Shown piece after piece: positions 13,303-27,016 of a stretch of 64,000 bases of DNA (position 1 is the stretch's first letter; each line of letters begins with the position of its first letter). Source of the DNA: Selaginella moellendorffii. Its lineage: Eukaryota; Plantae; Lycopodiophyta. The position numbers were made by a program, and so were the translations under genes. The notes below the pieces were generated by a model that was not told where the DNA came from, did no database searches, and saw only the letters and a list, made by a program, of their open reading frames with translations. The DNA lies in the NCBI RefSeq assembly GCF_000143415.4, contig NW_003314312.1, positions 1,169,299-1,233,298 on the forward strand. The letters run 5' to 3'.

Positions 13303-14099
13303 GGAATCATCAAACACCTTGTTGGAGTTGTGCCACCTCAACACCATTGCAAAGTTAAGGAGGCTGCAAAAGGTCAAAAAATGGCAGTTGTTTTAGAGGG
13401 TGGACAAGATGCTTTGAGTGTTGGATGCTCAAACATAGTGTCTGGAGATCGATCATGTGCAAAGAGGCTTCACTCCAACTACTACATACCTCCAAGTGGT
13501 GATGTTGAGGGCTGGGAATGGATAAATCACATTCTTGAATTTGAAAGATAGGAGGCTGAACAATTATGGTGAGAGAAGCAAGATTTAGAATTATGAACTG
13601 CAATAGGTACTCCAAATACCATGCAAGTCAATCGTATTGGGGATGCTGGAGAAGCTCAAAATGTTCAGTGACAAATGGTGATTGCATTTCAGCCAATGCT
13701 TCTAACACAAGGGCGTCGGCTAAGTCTAGGTGGCAACATAGGAGGTCAAAAGTTGATAAAATGGACACCAAAAGAGCTATAGGTGGAGCACAAACGGTTT
13801 GCATTGAGAGTTTACAATGATAGTCTTGCACTCAGTGAACATGCACACTTGGACCATTGCTATCCTCTGCCAACTATGGCTGCTCTGCAGAAGGACCTGC
13901 TGGATGAGGTTTATATAGAATTCATGGACAAAATCAAAAAGAAAATTGAGAATGCAGCCAAACAAGTCACTCCTCATCCACTAATCTCTAGTGTCCAATG
14001 GCTGGAAGATTGTACATTAGGAACATAATAATCATTGATTGCTTTATATAGTTTTGTATTTAATACTGTGTTTTCTTTCTAGCTGAAAAAGCTGCTAGC

Positions 14100-17000
14100 A
14101 AGGGGAGAAATTTCCAGGTGGGTGGGGCATGGCACCCCACTTGAACATCCACAGACTTACCAAGAAACCTCTCCAGCCCAAATTGTTATAATCCTGCATG
14201 AAAAGATAAATATTTAGTCCTCTTAAATTATACTACACTTCCTCTTAAGATTCCTCACCACCCACCTGAACTACCTCAAAAGCTCCACTATGAGCCCTAA
14301 AATAGGTTAAGTTTTTTACTCTAACATGCTTTTATATACCCTTGAGCTTCTCTTTGACCTATGTTAATCATATGGTCAAAGTTGGCACCTAACAATTCAT
14401 CCCCCCCAACAAAGTTTTTGTCCCAAAGATGAGTTGTATTAGTGATCACCCTTTCTAGGGAACCCTACTCAAGCTCTCAGTCCATCTTCCACATCTGTAT
14501 ATATCAAGGAGGTATTGGGCCCTTCACTCCAAGATAGTACATCTTTCAACTGGCTAACATAAAATACCAGATGAATTTTCACCCTAGCTGGCAGTTGCAT
14601 CTAATAAATTGCTTTACCAAGCAGTTCATATAGACCAGTATATCAATGTGAAAGTTTGTCACTCTTCCTTATCTGTAAAGGCACCAAAGTGTTCTGCCTC
14701 TCATTTGACGGAAAAATCACTTGCACAAAAATAAAATCACCTACCTTATATTCCTGGAATTGGTGATATTCATTAACAAACTTCTCCACTCTATCTTGAG
14801 TTGCTTACAAATTCAGTTTGCACACCACTAGAATCTTATCAAGTTTTGTGACCAAATTAGTGGCCTCGGAATCAAACTTATCTTGAACATCCTTACTTAA
14901 ATGCAATCTGAACTCCACCACTATTCAGGGATGCCTTCCAAACATGACAAAGTAAAGACTTAGCTTAGTTCCACTATATTGGCTATTGTTGTAAGTAAAT
15001 TGCACTAATGGAAGATATAGATTCCATTATCCCTGCTTTTGACCAATGCTACAGCATCATATATCCTCCACCACCTAATTCACATGCTCGGTTTGCCCAT
15101 CTATCTGAAGATGATCTCCACTCGAGAGTTTCAAAGTCACTTACATAGCCTTTGCAAAGCTCTTCCAAAATCCACTAGTGAACTTTGAATCTCGGTCATT
15201 AATGATGTCCTTTGGCAAATTAAAATCAAGAAAAAATTTCTCCAAGTAGACTACAACTAAGTTTGAGGTAGTGATAGTCTTCCGAAGAGCCAACAACTGT
15301 ACAAACTTTATCAAACGATCCATTATAACCCATGCTTGCTCCTTTTGCCTCAATATTCATGGCAAACAAGTGATGAAGGCCATAGTGATATTACACTGAC
15401 TCTGAGGAATAGGTAAAGGTTGCAAAAGTCCCCCTAGCTTCTCCCGTGAGGATATTAGGTTTTATATTTCTTCAATAAAAATTATGCTTAATTAACTCAT
15501 GTCTTCTTCCCCCCAAAATGACCGGCATCTAGACGATCATAATAGTGGAATAAAACTTGAGTAATTAATATATCCACCTACAACAAATATATATGGCCAT
15601 TGTAGTAAAGAATCCCATCTATCAATGAGAAAGGTGCTTCTATCTAAACTCGCAAATAAACCACCTCAATATTCTGAACTTGAGCACACTCAACTAATTG
15701 CCAAACTTGCTGACCACCTTACACAAATGATGACAAAATTATATTTGTAACACTGTCACATGATGAATACGAGATAAAGCATCTGCCACCACATTTGATT
15801 TTCTCGAATGATACTCAATAGAAAACTCCCTAAACTCCATGAGTTTGACCATTCAACGAACTTGCCTAGTGTTCAACTCTTTCTGTGTAAAAAGATACAC
15901 AAGAGGTTTGTGATCCATCAACACCACAAACACTGCACCATAAAGATAGTACTGCCACGTTTGCAAAGCATGCACTATAAAGAATAACTCTTGCTTATAT
16001 GTGAAATAGTGTTGTTCTGCAGGATTCAAAGTTTGACTCTCATATGCAATAAACTGTCTGTCTTGCATAAGAACTCCTCTCAATGCATAATCACTCGTAT
16101 CACATATCACTTCGTAAGGTTTTGATAGATTAGCAATATGAAACATTGAAGCCTCACTGAATAACTGTTTCAATGCCACAAAACTCTCTTTATGTGGCTT
16201 TTTTCACTCGAATGGCATGTTTTTGTGCAATAACTATGCCAAAGGAATAGCCACCTCTACAAGTAATAACTAGTTATACCAAGGAAGCTGCGTAATTTAG
16301 CCACTAAAGTCAATGTAGGCTAGTTCTCCACCATAGCCACTTTCCTTGGATTTGTCTTGACACCCTTAGATGTCACTTAGATATTCCACCTCCGACTTTG
16401 CAAACTCATATTTGCTTTTCTTTACAAAAAGTTTATTGTCACGTAATAACAAAAGAACCTTGTACAAATACACCTTATGCTCCTCCATATTCTTTCTGAA
16501 AACAAGAATATTATCCAAGAAAATCTCCACAAACTCATGAAGATAACACCCAAATACTTTTATCAACCGAGTGAATGTGGTTGGTGTATTCATTAAACCA
16601 AACAGCATAACTATAAACTCAAAATACCTGAAGGTTGTGTTGAATGCCATCTTGGAAATAGATGTATCATCCATGGCAATCTAATGATTCACTCCTCAAA
16701 TCAATCTTGGTAAACACTCATGCTTCACCAAACTTGTCCAAGATCATCCACATATGGCATTGGCATCTTATCCTTCACTATTTTCTTGTTCAAGGCATAG
16801 TAGTTAATATACATCCGTATTGAATTATCTTTCTTCTTCACAAGCAAGACTAAAGCACTAAACACTTACTTAGATGAATAAACCCAAACTCAAATAATTC
16901 CTTGACTTGTCGTTGAACTTCTTGCTCCTCCACCTAACTTAACTAAAATGTATGTTAATAAATTGGCCGTATCTCTGGCTCCAACATAATCCCATGCTCC

Positions 17001-17533
17001 ACACTTCATAATAGAGGCAACCTGTAGCACACATGGCTTTTACCTTTTATCTTATAGAGGATAATCACGAAGCAGAACCTAAACATTTTATGTGCCACGT
17101 GTCACATGCCACATGTCCAAAGGACAGTGGTGTGGAACCCAAGTTTCAGGGCCTTGGGCCACTAAACAAAGGAACAAAGTCAAACTCCTAAACTTGAAGC
17201 CAAAGAGTGAAGGAATCAGAGCACGGAGTGACTCCCAAGGATATAACCCAAAGAGCAAAGGGATAGGAGTACGGAAAAACTTGGAATAGTTCTAGAGTAT
17301 CTAGCATCCTAATGCTAAGACCAACATGCAAAATGGAGCCAAATGGAGTTTAGCACTATTTCAGCATATCGGTGGCCTAACACAAGGATATGGGTACTTT
17401 ACCAACTAGCCAACTAGCATGGTATGGAACTTGGGCTTAGACCTAAGCCGAACACAAAACAAGGATAAGCACGTAAGTGGGAGGTAAACTATGCCTTAGG
17501 TTAGTTAGCCATGCCCAACCTATCTACTATCCC

Positions 17534-17564
<31 letters not shown>

Positions 17565-19700
17565 ATTTTTTTACTATTCCCTACTATCCTACCCACTATC
17601 CCCCCCCTGTTGAGGAACACACATTTTGGGGTTTCACCCCAAGCCTCCCTTAGTGCCAGGAGTTAGTCTCTGGGACAAGCTCGAAACTTACTAAATATGA
17701 AATGTCTCTAGATTGTGAATTTAAACATGGGATGAACACCATTGTGTTTAGGACAATCTCTACATTCCGTAGATATGCCAAATGAGTAAATCTAGACACT
17801 TTCCATAAATAGCATTTGGGACCAGAACGAGACTAACACAAAGGGCATGATAGCGAAGGTGTTTTGCAAACACGATAAAATATCATCTAGTGTTATTAAG
17901 AGACTAGTCTCAATACGCGAAAATTCTTGCCAAGTGCAAGATAGAGTAAAAGAGAACTAATAAGCCAGCCAAATATGCTTGGCTAAATAAACACTTAGGA
18001 ATTCCTTCCTTATGCTCATCCGCCTAAGTATAGATGCAAAGTCCAATTTACTAACACTTGAACAAGAGGGATTGATAAAGGGTCTAGCAATACCAATCTC
18101 CTACTGTCATGGTAGTAAGGAAAAAATATATGAAATGACAATCGACAAGTAACTTTTGATACCTGAAATCACATTTGCGACACTTTAAAGATGTAGTAGA
18201 GAGCATAACAATTAGAGGTTGAACTCCCTTTCCAAACCACACATCTTTAACACTATTGTACTCCAATAAAACACACTTAATACTTCACTTTATCTCTAGA
18301 TCCACCTTCACTAACCATAGCATCCAAAGAATGAAATTCATATAATGAATATTCTCGAGATAAAAAGTCTCCACAAGTGTGGTTTTGCCAATTAACACTT
18401 TCAGCCCCTCTACACTAGCATCGAAATGTTAAATAGAAGTAATTACACCTTCCACTATGTATGGAAGAACTCTTTGTGTCACCAGGCCATGCTTCTTAAC
18501 AAATTTTACAGAAATAAAATTGTTATTATAAAATCCATATTAAACTGCCATGGAATACACTCTCCAACATTAAAGTTGATTAATGAGTATCCTCGAGCTC
18601 CATCTTATTCCATACATAGTTGAGTTAATAAGCAAGAATCGAAAATCTCTTCCTCTAACTGGAATGATCATCCTTGTTATCCTCATGTTGCAAAGTTTGC
18701 AATTTTTTAGTATCTAACTTACTGTCAGTAGAACGGGGGCCATTCTTTTTGCCCTGCTATTTGTTCTTCAACTGTGGACAATCAGCCTTTTAGTGTCTAA
18801 GCTCGTCGCAATGATGACAACCATGTCTATAATTCTTCAGAAAGAACTTCTACTTCTTTGACTTGCATCTAAAGTAACCACCATAGACTTCAGCTTGTGA
18901 TGCTTGTTCCCATCCTTATGTCCACAGTGATCATCGAGACAATTCTTGACAGAAGAACTCCTTTGAATGCTTGCAAAATTTGTGCTTGTCATTATCAAAT
19001 TAACTAGCTGCATCAAAGAGCTCTTCCAAACTCTTTATAAGTTGAGAATGATGCAACTGTTGCCGCATGTTCTCACTATGAAGGCCATCAATGAAGTAAG
19101 ATTTGTTCTTATCTGAATCTTTTGTTAGAACATGGCTAATCAAGCAAATAAGCTTCTCAATATAGTCCCCGAGCGTCATTTTCCCTTGCTGAAAATGTCA
19201 ATGTTCTGTGCTAGCATTCTTCACATTGTAGTGAGTGGTAAAACATAAATGAAAAGCAACCTCAAATTCATCCATGGTAGACACTCGTGGTTTTTTATCT
19301 GCAACATGAGACTTCTCAAACAAATTCCACCACCGAAGATTCATATCACACAAAACCATTGGAATAGCACCTAAAGCTTTTACATCTAAAGTTCTTTTAA
19401 TAGTTAAGAACTTTTTCACATTGGCTAGCCAAACGAGACACTTGTCCACACCACTATCACCAGAAAAAGTTAGAATCTTAAGTCAATCTACCAAGGAAGG
19501 CTTACTTAGAGTGCCATCATTGTAGCGCACTTTATCTCTCCCCTTAAGCCAACTGGAAAAGGGGCAATTGCTTAATGAGAGAGCCTTTAGTGGCTATTTT
19601 ATCCCCATTTATCCCCCAAGGTTCCAAGGATCCACAGTGACAGTATATCTAAATCTCATCCCATGATCACATACACTACAACCATCCTAAATAAAAGGGG
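14100..19700 (-). mobile_element. Highly decayed Ty3/gypsy element (gag, PR, RT, RNase H, IN); boundaries approximate
   Basis: RT FEFIVMLFGLMNTPTTF; RNase H CDTSDYAL...MDHKPL; IN DIINDRDSKFTSGFW; gag at 19198-19449; PPT-like C-run at ~14400. Confidence 0.75.
17023..18182 (-). repeat. ~1.16-kb LTR (family B) nested in gypsy pol
   Basis: TGTAGCACAC...GCGACA; homologous to 25733-26848, 49814-50974 and 63434-64000; contains (TA)n at ~17537-17559. Confidence 0.8.
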
Positions 19701-20099
19701 TGTTGTATTGTACATTCTACCCATAGGTGCAAAGTGCAAGACCATAGTCTCATTTTGAAGGGGAAAACACTAGAATCTCAATGATTATGGCAAATTAGTG
19801 GAGACTCACATTGTTTGACTCAAAGAGACAATGTTGCAAAAACATGGTAAGAGAGACACACTCGAGGTATGGTGAAGGTAATGGATCCTGTGAGTCTGGA
19901 GGAGGGATCAAATGGAAGTGAAAACCTCTAGATACGAGAAGGAGGTGAGGTGAGGAGACAGCAACTTGGACACGTTGAAGAGGAGACAACTGTAACAATC
20001 CCTCTTGGAGGGTAGAGAACACCACAAGGCATGTTTTTAGTGAAAGGCAAGATATGAGGGAATAACACCTTGAGGGTGTTCTTTTATTTGTAATAGTCC

Positions 20100-20558
20100 C
20101 TAAAGGACCTTAAGAAATGTATACATTTGCATCCAACCAGAGAACAGTCCCACTTTGTTCAGCTTGTAACAATCCATGCCTTTGTCAGGAACAAAGCTCC
20201 AATCGAAAGCATGAATCAAGTTAAACAATAGCAATTGAGCAGTCTTCAATCCCAGTGACATCCCCAGACACATTCTTTGGCCCAGCCCAAAGTCCTGGCG
20301 TTTTATGTCAATCAAGTTCCCAAGGAACCTTTCCGTCTTGAATCGCAATGCATCCTCCCATACTGTTGGATCTCTTCCAATTGTATAACAATTGGCAAAT
20401 GTGGAAGTTCCTTTAGGAATGTTATAGCCAGCAACCTTGCACGCTTTGGCTGACATGTGAATCAGCAGCGGAGCTGGACCTTGACGATTGCCCAAGGTAC
20501 TCCAGTTTGTCAAAGCCTCTCTCCGCAAGAAGGCATTCCTTTCCGACAACGGTTTCAA
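20100..20558 (-). pseudogene. Cytochrome P450 (CYP71-clan-like) C-terminal pseudogene fragment
   Basis: CKVAGYNIPKGTSTFANCYTIGRDPTVWEDALRFKTERF (PERF-like) and FGLGQRMCLG heme motif with a small deletion; no N-terminal half seen. Confidence 0.85.
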
Positions 20559-21370
20559 TCTAAATTTATATTATAATTTATAAACTTTCTTAAACACTTC
20601 CTAGTGTTTTTATGCAATATGATTAATCTTGTGTTTATAAATAATGTATAATTAGCACACAAAGATGTTGAGGTAAATGGTAGAGTAGAGGTGGAAAGAT
20701 GTAAAGAACAGAATGAATTCACAAGAAAGAAAAGAAGAGAGATGATCATAAGTAGTCAATATTCTTTGTCACAGTTACTCTTTCCAATAGGAAGGATGAA
20801 TTGACGATCTATCGATATAAACATTGGTTGCTTCTAACAGTCTATGTGAGTGGCTTTGACTTGAACTTTCTTGCTGAACTATTCTGTTGGTCCGCATAAA
20901 ACTTAGCGGTCCAACTTTAACTTTTATGCAATTATAGACAAAATATTTTATGGAGCCGACAACGTAGAAAAGCAACTTCTATTGGTCTCATGCTTCTTCA
21001 AAGGCTGCCTGTTACAATCTGATTGACATACTACCGAGCTAAACATATTAAATATTCTGACTAGACTAAAAAGTTTTCTTGTCTTCCAGGACAGGACACT
21101 TGTTTATGGCATTATCTTCCACGAAACAGCAAGCTTTGGAGGTTTCTTGGAAGACCTTGTGCACCGCGTGAGGAATGGCTCGGCTGGGCGAACTATGTAT
21201 ATGACAAAGTGCTAGGTGATCATCCGAATTGCGTAAAAAACCATGGCTGTAGTAGTTTGCAAGAATGCCAAATAGCCATGCATTTTTCATTGATTTTCAC
21301 TTCGTACGTAGCTAGTTTACAAAGTAAAGGCCACGCTACTAAGAGAAAATAGCTGGAAGTACATCGATTT

Positions 21371-22489
21371 TCATATCAAGTTTGATAAATTTTGGATCTG
21401 GTTGAGTTTGTTTGAACTTGCCACCACGTTCCACCTTTTCGGGTCCGACAAGATGATGGTGCGCTTTGGATCCAGAATCCAGGTCCCACTAAACGTGGGT
21501 CCACCCAGTAGGGGGTTATCCATGCCATGGTAGCGGCTGCTCGCATAATGGAACACCAGATTCGCTGGGATTGCGCAGGAGAGAACATCCAGGAACTTCA
21601 GGAAATCTTTCTTCCCATTCCGGGACGCATTCGTGGCAAGGATATCACGGTAATAGATGAATTCGTCTTCCTTGTCCTGGATCATCCTGCACGTAGTGTT
21701 CACGGCGTCCTGAAACGTCTGCACGCTCGGATCGGTGAGCAGCAGCACCGCCGGAAGATTGTTAAACTTCTTCTTGTAAAACTCCTTGGGAAACGAGAAG
21801 ACGTCGTTCACCATCCACATATGATCGAGCATAGCGTTCTGAGCCCTGATGTAATCCAGGGACTCGACATCCTCATCGTCAAACGAAGCACCCATTGCGT
21901 AGATGAGTGGCAGAATGAAGACGTTCTTCCTCCGGTAGAGCTCGTAGTCCTGCGTCAAGTCGTCACTCGAGATGCTTCTCGCCCAGCCCTCAACAGTGGA
22001 AACCGTGCGCTTAAACAGCTTCGGCTTCAACAGAGACCTCAAATCCTTCATCAGATCGTGGCACGCTCGATAGGCAAGAATGTCCGGAATTTCCGCGAGC
22101 GAGGCGGTTCCGTAGCAGAGGCTAAGAACAGTGTCGAGATACGATGTCGCGAGAGCTCCCCCAGCAACCTCGTTGTCATCAAACGGATCGTCCAGGAAGG
22201 CAGTGAGCCAGGCAAACTTGGCCGACGCCACCATGTTCGCTTTCGGAGCGTGAGGCGTGGAGAGGCACGTAAACATTGGAACTTTCCACTGGACCAGGCA
22301 TTTCTTCTCCTCCGGACTGAAATCCCTCCTCATGCATTTGAATGCCCACTCGTTTGCTTCCTTAGTGATTGACATATACTCGGGATGCCTTTGGAAAGAT
22401 AGAGAGCATGGTATCTCCGGAAGCTCGAACCTCGTGAGAGCAAAGAGATGTTCTACAGCTGGTAGCTTCTGTAAACACGGACTTGCCAT
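21371..22489 (-). CDS. MTPSL: Microbial terpene synthase-like protein (class I terpene cyclase), intronless, 372 aa
   Basis: DDxxD (LDDPFDD), effector R (YELYRRKN), NSE motif NDVFSFPKE, RY (SSRY); single alpha-domain size; TATA at ~22524. Confidence 0.92.
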   Translation of the reverse strand: MASPCLQKLPAVEHLFALTRFELPEIPCSLSFQRHPEYMSITKEANEWAFKCMRRDFSPEEKKCLVQWKVPMFTCLSTPHAPKANMVASAKFAWLTAFLDDPFDDNEVAGGALATSYLDTVLSLCYGTASLAEIPDILAYRACHDLMKDLRSLLKPKLFKRTVSTVEGWARSISSDDLTQDYELYRRKNVFILPLIYAMGASFDDEDVESLDYIRAQNAMLDHMWMVNDVFSFPKEFYKKKFNNLPAVLLLTDPSVQTFQDAVNTTCRMIQDKEDEFIYYRDILATNASRNGKKDFLKFLDVLSCAIPANLVFHYASSRYHGMDNPLLGGPTFSGTWILDPKRTIILSDPKRWNVVASSNKLNQIQNLSNLI

Positions 22490-23043
22490 TTCTTTAGAGA
22501 TGGTTTTGAGATAGTTTCTTCAATTTATACTGCTAAGTTTCATGCCCAAGAAGTTTCCTGCTTGGACTGACTTTGATTGGTAGTTGTCAAATTACATACG
22601 GCAAAGAAAAGGCGGTCAGTTATTCTCATCTAAACTGAAAAAAGGACTGGTTGTTACTCCCCGTGAATGAGTGAATAAAATGATATCGACATAGAGTTTC
22701 TAGCACCGCTGTCTCAACTTGCCAGTATCACCCAGTGGGTCTGTTCCATTGTTCTCCACCTCTTTGGGAGGAAACCCCATCTCTCTCTCCTTGCACTGTC
22801 CAACAAGTATGGACTGATCTTCTCTCCGGCTGGGAATGGTGCCATCCGTGGTGCTCTTTCAAAACCCAGGACGTTACATTTTCTTCCAGGCTGTATTTCA
22901 TGCCAGGGGAGTGATTGGCTCCTTATGGCGATTACTGGAAGAACATGTGAAAGCTGTGTGCCATGGAGCTCTTCACAATCAGGCACATCAATTCTTTCTT
23001 GTGGGTGCGAACAGAGGAGCTCCATGAGATGCTAGGATTCATC

Positions 23044-26000
23044 TGAACTATAGGAATATTCGAAGAATATTTTATGGTTGGTTGGGAGGTTGGCCTAAGG
23101 TTTGTTCTTTGTTTGTTTCATTAGTATTAGATTGACTTAGAGTTTGCTCTTTATTTATTTCATTAGTATTAGAGCAACACATTCTTTTGGGGATGAGGAT
23201 ATAAATCTTGATGAGAAGTATGGTGTTGGTGGTGATGGCCATAATGAAGAGGAAAAATTTCTTGATAATGTTGTTGTGTGGCGAACATTAAAGAGGTTAA
23301 AGATTTAATCAATTTTATTAAGGATTTCTTACTTCACATGGACCCTCAAAGTTGAATCAATCATGTGTTTGTGATTATCATTAGTACGTCACACATGCCA
23401 AGAATTATAGTATTGCGAAATAAAAATTGCCACCAAATGTTTGTGACAAATTCTTGGTCAAAATAGTGGGAAAATTATTAGAACCCTTTTAAGGAAAAAA
23501 TGAAGATTGACTTTTTTATAATAAAGCTTATGGATTATGCTTCTTTGTGATGGAAGAACTACTTAAAGCTAATTTGAAGTCAGCTTCTTGGGGTGATTTA
23601 ACAAAAGTTTTCTACACTTTATTTGTCAAAAAGTTTGAAGAAATTGATTTTGTGAACCAATTGCTAAAAATCAGGTAAGGGACTTATATATACTTATAAA
23701 TTCTATGACCTTTACCTTAGTTTCATAGGCACTTATAATGAGCTGCTAAAGATGTAAAAGTTTAAGCTCAATGGATGTGTAATGAAAGGTCAAAAAGGAT
23801 TTTTTAGCAATGTTAACTGATGGTATCACTAAAGCTCAAATCTTTTCACCTAAACTACCTATCAGCTTAAACAACTATAATTAACATAATAGGGAAGTCA
23901 ACGATAACCAGCCAGCCCATGCTTCATATTTAGGGAACAAAAGGCTATTGCTATATTGGGGCTCAAAAAATGAAAATGACAATGAAGTTAAGAAATTTAG
24001 TTTAGATTAACAAGAGAAGGATAAAGTAGAGGGTAATTGTTTTCATTGCTACAAAGATGAATATTAAGGCAAGAATTGTCCTCTTGTGAAAGGGTGAAGG
24101 AATGGTGATATTAATTATACTTCCATATTGATTTAAATTATCAGTCTTTCTAATATTCTAGTCGTCAAAAGGATTTTCAAGACTACTTTGCTTGTTGGCA
24201 AGAGTTTCTATAAGAAATGTTTGTTAAAATCTAATACAAGCATGAAGGTGATAATAAGATAGTTGATGCATTATCTACAATGGTAAATTCTATCTGATTC
24301 ATAAAGTTGTCCAACAATCTCTTAAATGAATTTAGGGAGTTTGTTGACTTCAACTTTTTTATCGTTGATATTTATATGAAGGTTTTGTCGAAGGGCACCT
24401 CTATAGATTTGAAGGGTGATAAGTTTATGTCATTCATGGAATCCTAGTGAAAAAAGGACATATAGTGGTTCCTTATGTTGATAAACCTCATCAAATAGAT
24501 TTTGGTTGAATGTCATGATATACCAAGTGCTAGGCATCTAGGGGTATTAAAAATGTATATGTTGGTTTAGAGGTATTTTTTTTGGCTTGGGATGAAGTTA
24601 GATGTTGAGAAGTATAAACATGGTTATTTGACTTGGCAAGTAGTCAAAATTGATCATTAGAAACTCACTTAGAATAAATGGGATAGCATCTTGATAGACT
24701 TTATCACTAGTTTACCAAAAACCTTTTGAGGAAACGATGGAATTTTTATGAAGATGTCTCACCTTTTCTTAGTGAAGATGACAATTAAAACTTTTAAACT
24801 TGCTTAATTATTTGTAAATCAATTATTCAGCCTTTATGGTTTGCCAGGTGACATTGTAAATGATTAGGATCCCAAGTTCATATCCAAGTTTTGGTAAATG
24901 ATATTTGAGAAACTAGAGACTAAGCTAAGCATGAGTAATGGTAAGCATCCATAGTCATATGGGTAGACAAAACATATGAATCAGCTGTTGAAAGATATGT
25001 TGAGGTCTTTTATAAGAAATTTAATTTGTCAAGAAGAATAAGAGAAGTATTTGTTTTTACTTCAATTTGCTCATAATAGCGCTCATCAATTAGCTATTGG
25101 CATATCTTTGTTCATGGCAATATATGACTATGAGCCTAGGTCTTTTATGAATTTGACTTTGGCTTTAGTTCAAATGTTTCATATTTGTTAATGAGAATTA
25201 TCGTCATTAGGAGTACAAAGTTAGTGACAAGATTTTCCTTAAACTATCAAATGTATAATGATTTCTAAAAAGAGGTGGCAATGGTGAATTGTCTCTATGG
25301 TATTGCAGGCTTTGGACAATTTTACAGCACATGGGGGATCTTTTTTACACTTTAGATTTGCCAGCTAGTTTGAAGATTCATCTAACGTTCTATATGACCA
25401 AAATTAAATTGAGTTTGCACTCTAGTGATATTGTGAATCAATCCATCATCTATTGAGAAAGTTGATCCAACCAATATTCTTGCTCAAAGACTAGTGAAAA
25501 CATGTTGTAAGACAACTCAAAAGGTGTTAATTCAATGGAATGGTTATTTTATGTACAAAGCTATATGGGAAACTGACGATAATGTGAAAAGAGTGTTTTC
25601 AAGTTTTGGTTAAGATTTAGATGATATTCCTAAGGAAGGGGAGAATTGAGTTCTATAGTTGTATTATTATATAATTTGAGTCATTTATTCCTTTGTTTTT
25701 ATGATTATATTATCATGCGAGAAAACTATATTTGTTACGAATGTGATTGCAAGTATTAAAAGTTACTTGTTAGTGAGTCTTTTTGAATATTCTTTTCTTA
25801 TTGCTATGATAGCAAGAAGTTGGTATTATTGGACCCTTTATCAGTCCCTCTTGTGCTAGTGGAGTTAACTAAGCATTTCAAGTGTATTTAAACTGGACGA
25901 ACATAAGGATGGAATTCTTAAGTGTTATTAGCTAAATATACTTAACTTGGTAAGGAGTTCCCATCTTGTTGTGTCTTGCATTGACTAGTGACAAGAACTT

Positions 26001-27016
26001 CCATGTATTGAGATTAATTCCTCAATATTGCCACATGATATCTTCTTGTGTCTACCAAATATCTTCACTATCATATTCTATATGTTGGTCATATTTGGTC
26101 TTATGACTCTTAATGGAAAGTGTCTAGATTTATTAGTTAAACATATCTATAGAGTGTAAAGATTGTCTTGAATATGATTTGTTCCCACATCCGAATTCAC
26201 AATTTAACACCATTCTATATTTAATAAATTTCAAGCTTATCCCAGATACTAACTTTTGGTATTAAGGGTGCAAGCCCAAAGTGTGTATTCTTAAATGGGG
26301 GTGGGCGGGGGTAGGAGGTTCCAAATGTATAGTAGGGATAATGGGTTGGCTGACGAACCTGAGGCATAGTCTAACTCTTATTTGTGTGCTTGTGCTTGTC
26401 CTTGTTCTGTATTTGGTTTGAGTCTAAGCCTAAGTTCCATAGCACTAGCTAGTGGAATATTTATATCCTTGTGTTATGCCACTAGATTACGCTAAACTTA
26501 GTTTAGCTTTGTTTTATGTTGATCTTGGTATTGGAAAATTATATGCTCTAGGAATATTCTTATATCGCTCCATGCTCTTGTCTTTTGGTTCCTTGGGTTA
26601 TATGTTTGGGAGTTATTTCATGCTCCACTTCTTTTGCTCTTTAGCTTCACACTTAGGAGTTTTAATTCTATATTTTCATTCAGTGGCCTAAGGCCTTAAA
26701 ACTTGGGTTCTACTCTGCTGTCCCTTAGACACATAACATATGGCACATGGTATGTAACACATGGCATATAAAGGGTTTAGGTTTTGCTTCGTGGTTATCC
26801 TATGGTAAATCACTATAAAATAAAAAAGTGAAAACTACATACATTATAATATTGTTTTCTTTCTTTCGTTTTATTACAATGTTGTATTACTATTTGCACA
26901 TCTTTTTTTCATGGCAATATTGCCTTAAACTCCCTTTATGTGAGGCTTGTTTAGCTTCTCAAGGCTAGGTCATGCAAGTGACACGAACCACAAAAATATT
27001 TTGAAAATATTCTATG
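23044..27016 (+). mobile_element. Heavily AT-drifted copy of family A gypsy (gag, IN, chromodomain; no PR/RT)
   Basis: Colinear similarity to 9745-13302 (inverted) and 37365-40797; no long ORFs; partial short LTRs at both ends. Confidence 0.85.
25733..26848 (+). repeat. Solo LTR (family B) with TSD ATATT
   Basis: ATATT at 25728-25732 and 26849-26853; homologous to the other family B copies. Confidence 0.8.

Noticed and set aside
21527-22372. 281-aa plus-strand ORF, and similar ORFs opposite RBM22 and the BBE-like gene
   Set aside because: Antisense shadows of GC-rich genes with no recognisable motifs.
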